Source of the DNA: a virus
Taxonomy: Duplodnaviria > Caudoviricetes
Strand: one strand, 5' to 3'
Virus record (IMG/VR): IMGVR_UViG_3300033145_001400
Coordinates: 1 to 55,799 of that record
DNA: 55,799 nt
The notes under the pieces are model-generated. The model was not told where the DNA came from. It saw only the letters and a list, made by a program, of their open reading frames with translations, and ran no database searches. The first letter of the stretch is position 1. The number at the start of each line of letters is the position of its first letter. Of this stretch, positions 1 to 9,286 are shown piece by piece. A program made the position numbers and the translations under genes.

Positions 1-131
1 GTTACACAATCTTTTGGCAAAGTTGGTTCTCTTCCAATAAATAAATTATTTGCTAAACTAGGATCAAATATTAAACCTAATCCAATATCAGCAACTAACA
101 TACTCTTTATATCTTCACTAACCACATTCAT
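1..131 (-). CDS. Partial tail terminator/minor capsid-type protein (runs off the window edge)
   Basis: Read manually: MNVVSEDIKSMLVADIGLGLIFDPSLANNLFIGREPTLPKDCVT. The ATG overlaps the upstream stop, and the gene follows an HK97 gp10-like gene. Confidence 0.55.
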   Translation of the reverse strand, partial: MNVVSEDIKSMLVADIGLGLIFDPSLANNLFIGREPTLPKDCV

Positions 132-673
132 TTTATATAAGCATTTTCTTGTATTACTTTTAATATTGCAGGAGTATTTCTTTTCAAGGAACTTTCCAAA
201 AACTTAGCCCCTGCTCCCGCTCTACGAGTATATTTTTTTGTAGCTTGGGTTACCTTGCCACTTTTTGTGTGTTTTATTTTACTTTTATCTCCAGCAAAAT
301 TAGCTCCTACCATTTCATGAACAGATGTTGCATAATTAGCACTAAATCCCATTATAACTACTGGCATCGGTATTGCTGCGGCCACAGATTTACATTCAGA
401 TATTGTAGAAGCATGACCCGTTGCTAATTTTCCTACATCTTTCCCTTTAAATGATGCACTTGCTCCTTTTTCAACTTTTGTACCAGATGTAACAAACCAA
501 CTAGCTCGTAAATTACCAGTATCAATCGGTACTTTAGGTACTGTATTATCCATATCCCTACGAACAATAATAGATGCTTCAATTAATCCCTTTGTTGTTC
601 TTCCTTTTATCTTTAATATTTCTCTATTAAGATTTGCCATCACAGCATCCATACCTTGTAAATATCTTCCCAT
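128..673 (-). CDS. HK97 gp10-like tail completion/neck protein
   Basis: VPIDTGNLRAS motif, C-terminal GAGAKFLE, and position in the head-tail module. Confidence 0.7.
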   Translation of the reverse strand: MGRYLQGMDAVMANLNREILKIKGRTTKGLIEASIIVRRDMDNTVPKVPIDTGNLRASWFVTSGTKVEKGASASFKGKDVGKLATGHASTISECKSVAAAIPMPVVIMGFSANYATSVHEMVGANFAGDKSKIKHTKSGKVTQATKKYTRRAGAGAKFLESSLKRNTPAILKVIQENAYIK

Positions 674-1056
674 TACAAATACCCCTTCCTTATAAATTTA
701 GCGCTTCCTCTCAATTCAGGAATCTTTTCAAATTTCAATATCTTATATGCTCCATCAACGCTTGCAGGATTTGCCTCTTCTGCGCTGGTTAAAGCATCGG
801 TACTATCCAATGTTCCTAAATACAAATAACCCTCTTCATCTACATCCTGTAAAACCCAAACTTGAACATTTGAGATAAGTTCTCTACTTTTTCTATCATC
901 TCCAACCATAGAAATTACCTCCCTATTCTCCTGCCAACGACATTTTATTTCAACTGGATCAGCATAAGTAAATGTTCCATATCCATCATCCTGGGGGCTA
1001 CCCCAATAAACTGCATCTTGAACACATAAACGATTCATAAAATCTGCTATTCCCAT
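673..1056 (-). CDS. Head closure/stopper protein
   Basis: 127 aa with DDGYG...PVEIKCRW; lies between the adaptor and the gp10-like gene. Confidence 0.6.
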   Translation of the reverse strand: MGIADFMNRLCVQDAVYWGSPQDDGYGTFTYADPVEIKCRWQENREVISMVGDDRKSRELISNVQVWVLQDVDEEGYLYLGTLDSTDALTSAEEANPASVDGAYKILKFEKIPELRGSAKFIRKGYL

Positions 1057-1439
1057 TAATCAAAACTTTTTACAGCATATATTCCAGCTCCTTTTTTACC
1101 AATATTAGCCATCTTACCTGTAATATCTAATTGTAATACCATCTGTCCATATGGAGTAGATGATAATTGTTCTTTAAATATTCCAGTATATTTTACCGTA
1201 GCATCCCCTAACTTTTCTTCCGTGGTTGTCCGATGCCTAGTGCAAGCTATCATATGAGCAGTAAACCATCGTTCAATATCTTCCTTTAAAACCGTCCCAA
1301 TACTTGTATCAGCCCCAAGTATTTTTGTTACCAAAGTGTTTGCCCCGAGTATGTAAGAATCTACATCAGTATCACTCATAACATCAGTAGTAAGATTATC
1401 CATTATTAACCTAACTTCTGCAACAGTCGTTCTTGCCAT
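1056..1439 (-). CDS. Head-tail adaptor (DUF4054-like)
   Basis: ERWFTAH...EKLGDATVKY...STPYGQ pattern, plus synteny. Confidence 0.65.
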   Translation of the reverse strand: MARTTVAEVRLIMDNLTTDVMSDTDVDSYILGANTLVTKILGADTSIGTVLKEDIERWFTAHMIACTRHRTTTEEKLGDATVKYTGIFKEQLSSTPYGQMVLQLDITGKMANIGKKGAGIYAVKSFD

Positions 1440-1825
1440 TTTTTACTCCTTCCTATATTTATTAATTCCTCATCTGTAGGCTTTTCATATGTAGTACCTT
1501 TCCACAATGCCCCACCTGGTATATATATTACTCTACTTTCTAACCAAAACGTCCTCATCATATCCCGCCATTCTTTTTGTGGTGATACAAAAGCACATAT
1601 AACAACATATCCATCCCACTCCCATTCTCTAGCTTGTCGAGCTGCTTTGATCAAATTAGCAATTCTACCTTTATCCGAAAAATCTTTATTCTTTGTTTTT
1701 TTCCGAAATGTATCTCCATCCAGTATCTTAACTTGATACCCTTCATCCTCCTGCAGTTCCTTAGCTAATGTTTTAGCATAATGAGTTTTTCCTGCCCCTG
1801 CTTTACCTGTGATTAGATATACCAT
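1406..1825 (-). CDS. cysC: Adenylylsulfate (APS) kinase-like P-loop kinase
   Basis: ITGKAGAGKT Walker A, LDGD-x-x-R, DFSDKGRIAN, VVICAFVSP. Start reassigned to ATG 1825. Confidence 0.75.
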   Translation of the reverse strand: MVYLITGKAGAGKTHYAKTLAKELQEDEGYQVKILDGDTFRKKTKNKDFSDKGRIANLIKAARQAREWEWDGYVVICAFVSPQKEWRDMMRTFWLESRVIYIPGGALWKGTTYEKPTDEELINIGRSKKWQERLLQKLG

Positions 1826-2540
1826 TTTGTTTTTCCTTTTTTCGACTGTGCCAAAGCAATGGATCAATAAAGTTCAATACCTCACTATTCCATTCTAATC
1901 CTAGCCAATCCATTGTTTCGTACATTTGTTGATAATCTCCTTCTACCATTCTATGTGGCCAAACTACTTTACAATTCAATCCTTCTGTTATCATTTCTAT
2001 AAATCGTTTTTCATGTTGATGAACCCACCATTTCCAACCTTCTGCTTCTGTTTCTACTCCAATAGCTTTTCTTTGTTCTTCCCTTATAAAAGCTCTCATA
2101 AATCCTGTTTTCAAACAAGATTGAACTATATCTCCAGTTCTGCGTCGTACAATAATCCACTTAGCATTTGGAAAAGCATAATGCCAAACAGGCCAACTTA
2201 AACACATTTTTGCTCCTTTATACATCCACGCTCCTTCTTTATATCCTTGATCTACCATTATTTGTTCCACTTGTCGTTGTAAATTCCGTGGAATTACCAT
2301 ATTATCTACGTCTGGTAATGGATATTGTCCCATTGCATCAACTCCAATCTGACGGAAAAAAGGCTTCACAATCTCATTTCTTATTCGAGCATTCTCAAAC
2401 ATTCCTCTCTGATTATTCTTAGTCGGTCCAGACATATCCCCACCGAATGCTCCACATATATTAATAATTCCAGCGACTAGACTGGTACCACTACGAGCAC
2501 ATCCAGTAATCAAAATCGGAGATGGTAAATTATTTTTCAT
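1803..2540 (-). CDS. Sulfotransferase family protein
   Basis: PILITGCARSGTS (5'-PSB PAPS-binding loop) and a 3'-PB-like IIVRRRTGDIVQS motif; adjacent to the APS kinase. Confidence 0.75.
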   Translation of the reverse strand: MKNNLPSPILITGCARSGTSLVAGIINICGAFGGDMSGPTKNNQRGMFENARIRNEIVKPFFRQIGVDAMGQYPLPDVDNMVIPRNLQRQVEQIMVDQGYKEGAWMYKGAKMCLSWPVWHYAFPNAKWIIVRRRTGDIVQSCLKTGFMRAFIREEQRKAIGVETEAEGWKWWVHQHEKRFIEMITEGLNCKVVWPHRMVEGDYQQMYETMDWLGLEWNSEVLNFIDPLLWHSRKKEKQNGISNHR

Positions 2541-2907
2541 ATGATTTAATCTCTTTTATCTCTGAATTAAATTTCTTATTTATTATTGATTTTATTCTTG
2601 ATCTTTCGCCATTCAATGTATAAACCTGTCTTGCCAACCAAATAAAACGTTGTCCAAAACAACCATCTTTTTCCTTAATTCTTATTTCTTCTTCAACATT
2701 CCAAAGTTGTAAATTTATTATTCTCAAATTTTCAAACTCACTACCCACTACCACCATACCCATCTTTTCTTTCAATAAATTATGTTCAACTAACAAGGAT
2801 TTTAATTTCACATTATCTTTTATTTTCTCTTGCTTAATCCCTATAATAGAATATCTATCAAACAATTCCCCTATTGATATTGGTATTGATACTAACATAT
2901 TTTCCAA
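2530..2907 (-). CDS. DUF6165-like protein, often associated with glycosyltransferases
   Basis: IPISIGELFDRYSI...INLQLWNVEEEIR...ARQVY..N..R..IK..IN pattern. Confidence 0.65.
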   Translation of the reverse strand: MENMLVSIPISIGELFDRYSIIGIKQEKIKDNVKLKSLLVEHNLLKEKMGMVVVGSEFENLRIINLQLWNVEEEIRIKEKDGCFGQRFIWLARQVYTLNGERSRIKSIINKKFNSEIKEIKSYEK

Positions 2908-3563
2908 TTCATTTTATATTGTGGAGTTCCTTTTAGCCCTAATTCTTTCAATCTAACATACTCATGAAAAAACAATCCCAAATTTCTCAACTGCAAACAA
3001 TCAATCATATTAAAAAATGAAGAATTTATACAATGCACCTCTTTAGCCTGTTCAATCACATATAGAAAATCAAATATCAAAAAATCCTTTCTATCTGGTT
3101 TTATTATTTGTATTCCTTTTGGTAATTTAGTTAAATCAATAGAACGTTTATTATCGTCATGAACAAAAATATATTCTTTTTCCTTCAAACTTAACTCTCT
3201 AAAAACTTTCCTTTCCTTCTGTTCATCCCTCTTAAAATAAAATTCATCCCATTTTTTCTTAATAGAAAGACCAGCTTGATTATATATAATAGCATCAAAA
3301 CTCTGATAAGTTCTTCTTCCTGCTCTTGCTATTAAATAAGCATTCTGAGGATTATTTTCCATAAAGAAACCCGTTTCTTCATCATTTGCCGATAGTATAT
3401 TAATATTCGAATTATCTCTATACATATACTCAACATTCTGTACATTATGAGGCTTGCAGAACACATATATTTTATCGTACCCTTTTGCATAATCCCTCAC
3501 CAATCCATTACAGATGACATGATCTCCTAGTCCTAAATGATGATATATATATAATACTTTCAT
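2892..3563 (-). CDS. Putative GT-B glycosyltransferase (GT9/fucosyltransferase-like)
   Basis: HHLGLGDHVICNGLVR N-terminus; C-terminal AKEVHCINSSF. Confidence 0.55.
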   Translation of the reverse strand: MKVLYIYHHLGLGDHVICNGLVRDYAKGYDKIYVFCKPHNVQNVEYMYRDNSNINILSANDEETGFFMENNPQNAYLIARAGRRTYQSFDAIIYNQAGLSIKKKWDEFYFKRDEQKERKVFRELSLKEKEYIFVHDDNKRSIDLTKLPKGIQIIKPDRKDFLIFDFLYVIEQAKEVHCINSSFFNMIDCLQLRNLGLFFHEYVRLKELGLKGTPQYKMNWKIC

Positions 3564-4420
3564 AATTTATTAAATTCCTTTATTACTCTATCCTTCCAAT
3601 ACGACATATTTAACATCTCATAATTGTATTTCCCTTCTAGGGATTCTTCCAACACATCAAAAGAAACCTCCGAATAATCATTAACCTGTATTATTGGTAA
3701 ATCCCAATCTCTGTAAATTCTGTTCTTTATCACTATTGGATAACAACCTAAATATAATGCTTCCCATGTACGATGAGTATCTACTCCATTACCAGGAGGA
3801 CAAATAATAAACATATGTTTTGCCATATCCTCACAATAATCTTCAAAAGGTAATGCAGGTTTCGTGTGAATTTTAAAAATACGATTTTGAATTTTAAAAC
3901 CCGATTTTCTTAATTGTTGTAAAACAAGTTTCCTTGAAACCTTACCTTTATTTACTTCCCTTTTGTCACTATATGAACACCAATTACAATATAAAATGAA
4001 ATCTTTAGCTTCTTGTTTTAATCGTTTTTTATTATTAATAAACCATTCATGATTGGTGAACAACCCTTTACCTTGCCCTGATATATGATTTTCTATACCC
4101 AAAGGAATTGAAATTAAATCTGGATGATCATACTCGATATTTACTCCAAACCATTTTTTTATACAATTTGGTTTGTCCTCAAATCTTTTTTTATCTATTG
4201 AACAATCTGACATACCGGTTATTAAAATATATTTCTTCTTTGAATATTTAATATATGTAAACAAATAATCCAAATAATCTGTTTTCCAAAATATAATTGC
4301 ATCCTTTAACAGACTAAAATCAATTTTTGGAGGGTTAAAATCAGCCGGTGAAAATCCTCCTACAATATGAGATATCTCTGAAAACTTATTTCCGTTTATA
4401 TAATCTAACATGATATTCAC
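3560..4420 (-). CDS. Exostosin-like (GT47) glycosyltransferase
   Basis: FIICPPGNGVDTHRTWEALYLGCYPIV signature. Confidence 0.75.
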   Translation of the reverse strand: MNIMLDYINGNKFSEISHIVGGFSPADFNPPKIDFSLLKDAIIFWKTDYLDYLFTYIKYSKKKYILITGMSDCSIDKKRFEDKPNCIKKWFGVNIEYDHPDLISIPLGIENHISGQGKGLFTNHEWFINNKKRLKQEAKDFILYCNWCSYSDKREVNKGKVSRKLVLQQLRKSGFKIQNRIFKIHTKPALPFEDYCEDMAKHMFIICPPGNGVDTHRTWEALYLGCYPIVIKNRIYRDWDLPIIQVNDYSEVSFDVLEESLEGKYNYEMLNMSYWKDRVIKEFNKL

Positions 4421-5000
4421 AAATTAAGAAACCATTTCGTTCTTTTAAATTATCACTCAAAATAGTAAACTTTCCAAGTCTATCTAATATAAATTTCCTT
4501 GATTCACTATGTTTATTTGTTAATGTGTCATCAAGTACAATAAATCTGCATCTTTGCCATAATTTTAAAAATTCTTTATGCCCTGAAAATTCTCCTCCAT
4601 CAATAATACATAAATCAATTTTTTCTGGTAACTGATTTAAAACATTTGGGGTTGATTCAAGCCAAGCTAAATCTGCCCTTAACCAATCCTTAAATATTTC
4701 ATTCTTTAAATTCTCTAATATTGAAATCAATTCATTTGAATCTACAATAGTTCCATGTATTAAATTGAAATTCTTAGGTAATTTTCCTAAATTCCTCTTT
4801 GCTTCCTCCCATCTATCTTTATTACATTCCAATGAATAAACTAACTTTTCAGTCCCCTTTACCGCATCATAAATACATTTAGTTGACCCCATACCGTTAA
4901 ATGTACCTATATCAACAATGGTGTTTACATCGTTCCTTTTAGCAAGATTATAAACTTTCTCACCAAGTATTGATCCTCTATTTATTTGTCCTTTTATCAT
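4386..5000 (-). CDS. Class I SAM-dependent methyltransferase (sugar O-methyltransferase-like)
   Basis: VDIGTFNGMGST motif I, IDLCIIDGG, IVLDD. Confidence 0.7.
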   Translation of the reverse strand: MIKGQINRGSILGEKVYNLAKRNDVNTIVDIGTFNGMGSTKCIYDAVKGTEKLVYSLECNKDRWEEAKRNLGKLPKNFNLIHGTIVDSNELISILENLKNEIFKDWLRADLAWLESTPNVLNQLPEKIDLCIIDGGEFSGHKEFLKLWQRCRFIVLDDTLTNKHSESRKFILDRLGKFTILSDNLKERNGFLICEYHVRLYKRK

Positions 5001-5308
5001 TTGTAATCATCTTGTATATTAAATTCTTTGGAACATAATCCAATTAATATAGAATCTTTCCTTAACAAAAATTCATGCGATATATTTTTTGGTACAAAAT
5101 ATTCTGTCAATACCTCCATATCCTTCATTAAATCTCCTCCTAACTTAATCTTTCCTTCTCCTTTTACGAGTAAAAAGGATTCTACCTTTTCTTTATGATA
5201 ATGTTTTCCTAAAACACAATCCTGCTTAATCATAAGTACCTTACAAAGTTTCCAAACCCCATTATTTCCAAATTCCACAAGAGTTCTTCTATTATCCTCG
5301 TGTTTCAT
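4997..5308 (-). CDS. Cupin (FdtA/WxcM-like NDP-sugar isomerase)
   Basis: HEDNR, GKHYHKEKVESF and a second His motif (VPKNISHEF). Confidence 0.65.
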   Translation of the reverse strand: MKHEDNRRTLVEFGNNGVWKLCKVLMIKQDCVLGKHYHKEKVESFLLVKGEGKIKLGGDLMKDMEVLTEYFVPKNISHEFLLRKDSILIGLCSKEFNIQDDYK

Positions 5309-6242
5309 GATCTACCATTATTTTTACCAAATCCTTAAATTTTACCTTGGGAACAAACCCTAATTCCCGCTTCAATTTTGAATAATCCCCTAATAAAATA
5401 TCCACTTCAGCTGGTCTTTTCAAATCTTCATCAAATTCAACATACTTTCTGAAGTCCATTCCTAACAGATCAAAAGTCAGTTCCACCCATTCTTTGACTG
5501 AATGAATCTCACCAGTACAGATAAGATAGTCATCAGGTTTGCTTTGAACTATTTTATAAATCCATTCCACATATTCTTTAGCATACCCCCAATCCCGCTT
5601 GGCTTCAAGATTACCAAGTATCAATTTCTTTTGTAATCCTCTTTTTATTCTTACTGCTGCCTTCACCACTTTCTTACTTAAAAAAGTATTTCCTCTTCTT
5701 GGACTTTCATGGTTGAATAAAATACCATTATAAATATTCAATCCATATCCTTCCCGGTAGGTACGTCCTACATAACATGCTGCAGCTTTACTTGCACCAT
5801 ACGGAGATCGAGGATAGAATGGAGTCTTTTCCGTCTGTGGCATTTCTAACACTTTTCCAAACATTTCAGAAGAACAAGCCTGGTATAATTTGGTGTCTGG
5901 CTTTATTCTTCTTATTGTATCTGCAATTCTTAAAAACCCTAAAGTATTAATATCAAATGTAGAAACTGGAGAATCATATGAAACTCTAACATGGCTCATA
6001 GCTGCAAAATTATAGATTTCATCTGGCATCACTTTTGTAATAATATTATTAATACTCACTGAATCTGTCATATCCCCAAAATGTAATTCAATAAACTTTT
6101 CAAAATGCCGTATGTTAAGATGATTATCTTGAGAAGTTCTACGTACCAACCCATGAACTTCATATCCTTTTTTTAACAAAAATTCAGCAAGATATGATCC
6201 ATCCTGACCTGTAATTCCTGTTATAAGTGCTATTTTAGACAT
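5292..6242 (-). CDS. gmd: GDP-mannose 4,6-dehydratase
   Basis: ITGITGQDGSYLAE, PFYPRSPYGASK, ILFNHESPRRG, GNLEAKRDWG. Confidence 0.95.
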   Translation of the reverse strand: MSKIALITGITGQDGSYLAEFLLKKGYEVHGLVRRTSQDNHLNIRHFEKFIELHFGDMTDSVSINNIITKVMPDEIYNFAAMSHVRVSYDSPVSTFDINTLGFLRIADTIRRIKPDTKLYQACSSEMFGKVLEMPQTEKTPFYPRSPYGASKAAACYVGRTYREGYGLNIYNGILFNHESPRRGNTFLSKKVVKAAVRIKRGLQKKLILGNLEAKRDWGYAKEYVEWIYKIVQSKPDDYLICTGEIHSVKEWVELTFDLLGMDFRKYVEFDEDLKRPAEVDILLGDYSKLKRELGFVPKVKFKDLVKIMVDHETRG

Positions 6243-7551
6243 GTATAATTTCTCCTATAAATTCATTATTTACTTTCTTATGTGAAATCCCTCTCACTAT
6301 TTCATCCTTGAAAAAATGATAATCATCATGAATACAAACATCATTCTTAATTAATGGGTAAATCATTTGGGCTAGAAATGCTTGATCTTTCCCTCTTTGT
6401 TTCGCTTCTTTATTATGCTGCCTAAATGTTTTAATTGCCTTTCTATAATGTATTTTATCTATACCATTCTCAGTAATTCCCCACATACCCCCCATTATCC
6501 TATTGCCATGATGTCTGTGATCTCGTATAATATGAAATTCTTTCCCACTTTCTACCCATTCATCAACACAAATCTTTTCCCTTTCTGATAATCGACTGTC
6601 CGTATCTCTCACAATACATCTTTCAATGCTTCTATCGCTTAATACTTCATATCTCCAAAACATACCCTCACATCTTTGTTTAATCCCAAAATTAGACTGC
6701 TTAAATACAATTTCACATCCAAGACGTTTTAATTCATCTACAATTTTCTTAGGTACTGTCTGTTGATGTATATAGAATCTACATATCCAGCCCGGATAAA
6801 TCTTCGGCTGTAACTTTACATTTTCAATTGCCCCTAGTATATATTTTGTATCGTCTCCATATAATGAAAATGATATGATTTTCTTTTCTGCTTTCACTTT
6901 ATCCAACCTTCTTCTCTTCCTATTATGATATACATTCCTATCTTCCTGGAAATATTCATGATTCCTTTTTCGTAACTGGTCAGCCTCTCTTAATTTTGGT
7001 ACTCTATGTTCAATGAGTATTTGATCTATATAGATTTTCTTATTCAATTCCTTAGAAATTTCATCAGCCTCATTATCACAACAAAATGATTTATATCCTG
7101 GATAATAAATATACCCAAACCTATCATAATATTTCCTTCCTATAATAGGTAATGTATTTAACTTATTTCCAGAACGACCATCATTGAAATGTAAGACCCC
7201 ATCAAAGTTAGGAAAATGCTTTTTGGATACTTCCCTAATTATGTTATCATATCTATTAACCAAAGGCCACATATCATCGCTTGCCGCTATTACTATATCC
7301 CAATCTCTTTCTGTTACTCCAGCATTGTATGCTTGTATTTTTGAATAATTCTTATTAAAATCAATTGATACATGGGAGAAAAACGAAACAAGTGTTTTTA
7401 TCTTGTCATTATTCATACTCAAATCATCCGTATCACAACTTATATGAAACTCATAATTTTCTTTATTCTCCAATAATTCCATATAACGAAACAAATATTT
7501 CTTAAATTTGTCTGGTCGTTCTCGTGTTGGAAATTGTATCAATATTTTCAT
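6235..7551 (-). CDS. Two-domain glycosyltransferase (GT-A N-domain plus a second GT-like domain)
   Basis: PTRERP...ASDDM (DxD-like). Second domain KKIISFSLYG...RDTDSR...IMGGMWG...DQAFL. Likely start ATG 7551. Confidence 0.7.
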   Translation of the reverse strand: MKILIQFPTRERPDKFKKYLFRYMELLENKENYEFHISCDTDDLSMNNDKIKTLVSFFSHVSIDFNKNYSKIQAYNAGVTERDWDIVIAASDDMWPLVNRYDNIIREVSKKHFPNFDGVLHFNDGRSGNKLNTLPIIGRKYYDRFGYIYYPGYKSFCCDNEADEISKELNKKIYIDQILIEHRVPKLREADQLRKRNHEYFQEDRNVYHNRKRRRLDKVKAEKKIISFSLYGDDTKYILGAIENVKLQPKIYPGWICRFYIHQQTVPKKIVDELKRLGCEIVFKQSNFGIKQRCEGMFWRYEVLSDRSIERCIVRDTDSRLSEREKICVDEWVESGKEFHIIRDHRHHGNRIMGGMWGITENGIDKIHYRKAIKTFRQHNKEAKQRGKDQAFLAQMIYPLIKNDVCIHDDYHFFKDEIVRGISHKKVNNEFIGEIIHV

Positions 7552-8192
7552 ATCCAGTTTTCTTCTACCCATTTTTCAACAATATTACAAGGTCTCGGAC
7601 GTCCATGAAAACAAACAATCCTTGCATCCTTTGGTAATCCTCCTAAACAATGTCTTTTATAACTATAAATACCATCAACTAATGATTGCCAATGGGTGAT
7701 TTCTTTATTCTTTTTCACTAATTGATTTCCTATATAATCCTGATCACCTCTAAATTTCTCGCCAACCTCTTTCATCTGGAATTGTTCATATATATAATTA
7801 AACTCTCCAGCAGATTGCCACTTCATAATGCTTGAGTTAATTAGATATGGATTGTCTCGTTTTAAAGGATTAAAAGGCTGTAAACCAATAAAGCTTTGTT
7901 TCTGAGCAAATAAAATATCAATATTCTTTAACATTACCACATCCAAATCAAAATATAAACACATTCCTAAATCCAAATCCGGGCGAAACAACTCAATCTT
8001 ACTCCACCAACTTTTCCAATTATGTTTTAATGGAATTGTTTTACAAAAATCAATTGTAGGATCATCAGTTAGGCAAATAAACTCATACAATAGATTTAAA
8101 TGGCGTTTAACAGCATTTTGTAATTTCCTTACATATGTACTATCAAAATCCCCTCCTGTCTTTAAAACGCATATAACGGTTGTTTTCTTCAT
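7548..8192 (-). CDS. GT-A glycosyltransferase (GT8-like)
   Basis: WWSKIELF, YFDLD (DxD), NSSIM, GDQDY, IVCFHGRPRP. Confidence 0.75.
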   Translation of the reverse strand: MKKTTVICVLKTGGDFDSTYVRKLQNAVKRHLNLLYEFICLTDDPTIDFCKTIPLKHNWKSWWSKIELFRPDLDLGMCLYFDLDVVMLKNIDILFAQKQSFIGLQPFNPLKRDNPYLINSSIMKWQSAGEFNYIYEQFQMKEVGEKFRGDQDYIGNQLVKKNKEITHWQSLVDGIYSYKRHCLGGLPKDARIVCFHGRPRPCNIVEKWVEENWI

Positions 8193-8896
8193 TATAAAAC
8201 ATCCTCCACCTTCACCTTTTTAAATTGAGTAATCATACTATCCGGACAAGCATTCAAAATATCAACTCCTTTTATCAACGAATCTCTATGTATTTCCTTA
8301 AATCCAAGTAGATGCCTAGAAAAAGGAAGCCCTTTTTTATTGATTACCTCTCTATTTGCTGTTCCATATAATCCATGCCAATGTTGCTTATTATTTTCAT
8401 CTAACTTCATATCAAAACCAAGTAATATAATTCTATCTACTCCTGTATGTACTGCAACACTAATTGCTGCCGCTCCACTATTTCCATTCCAACACACCAT
8501 TCCTGAATTAAAACTAATCCCTTTTCCATGTCGTTTATCTCTTTGTAAATACTTAACTTTTTCAATATCATGTTTGTCTCCTGCTAAACTTGGACAACAT
8601 GTTACTTTTAATCCCGGAAACTTAGCTAATTGTTTCCTATATTCAAGATACCAACGTTTATCCCCAAAAAATACCATGTCAATCCAGTCGCCCAATAAAA
8701 ATGCAGAATTAATACCAATTACATGTTTTTTATGAATCGGTTCTAAATACTTGGAATAAGCACTTGGTTCCAATTCTCTAGAAAGAACCTGTTGAATTAT
8801 AGTATTTGGTACACCAAACTGTTTCGGTACAGAAGGTCCCCCACCTATAATCCAGCATTCACCTCCTTCCCACATCCTTGGTACGTTCCATCCCAT
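8192..8896 (-). CDS. DUF115/Maf-like (sialyltransferase-fold) putative glycosyltransferase
   Basis: IIGGGPS, VIGIN, NSGAAAI, IILLGFDM motifs. Confidence 0.6.
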   Translation of the reverse strand: MGWNVPRMWEGGECWIIGGGPSVPKQFGVPNTIIQQVLSRELEPSAYSKYLEPIHKKHVIGINSAFLLGDWIDMVFFGDKRWYLEYRKQLAKFPGLKVTCCPSLAGDKHDIEKVKYLQRDKRHGKGISFNSGMVCWNGNSGAAAISVAVHTGVDRIILLGFDMKLDENNKQHWHGLYGTANREVINKKGLPFSRHLLGFKEIHRDSLIKGVDILNACPDSMITQFKKVKVEDVL

Positions 8897-8902
8897 TACA
8901 TC

Positions 8903-9232
8903 TTATACTAGACTCTTAATCAATTCCAACGCTTTTTCCCGAGACATGGCTTTTTCATTGATAACCTTTTTATTTCCATCAACTACATCATACCACTTTC
9001 CACTACGATGTTGTATGCTATATTCATTATCTATTGATTTTAACGTATCATCAACATCTTCTGGTAACTTATCTAAAGGGATAATAATATGCCTGAATGC
9101 ATCTGGTATTTCTGATAATCGAGCAGAAAATACTTGGCCTGGTTTAATTATTCGATTCTTCATACGAAAACTACCACCACCAGTTTTTTTCCACCTAATT
9201 AATTCATCATCTTTCTTCTTTGTACGTTCCAT
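8903..9232 (-). CDS. Hypothetical virion-associated protein
   Basis: 109 aa directly after the major capsid gene; begins MERTK. Confidence 0.5.
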   Translation of the reverse strand: MERTKKKDDELIRWKKTGGGSFRMKNRIIKPGQVFSARLSEIPDAFRHIIIPLDKLPEDVDDTLKSIDNEYSIQHRSGKWYDVVDGNKKVINEKAMSREKALELIKSLV

Positions 9233-9257
9233 AATTAATTGTTTAAAAAAATTAATA

Positions 9258-9280
9258 AAAATTCACTTGATTAGTGAATA
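9258..9280 (-). terminator. Possible intrinsic terminator after the major capsid gene
   Basis: Minus strand reads ATTCAC-TAATCAA-GTGAAT followed by a T run; the stem is short and AT-rich. Confidence 0.35.
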
Positions 9281-9286
9281 CCTTAA

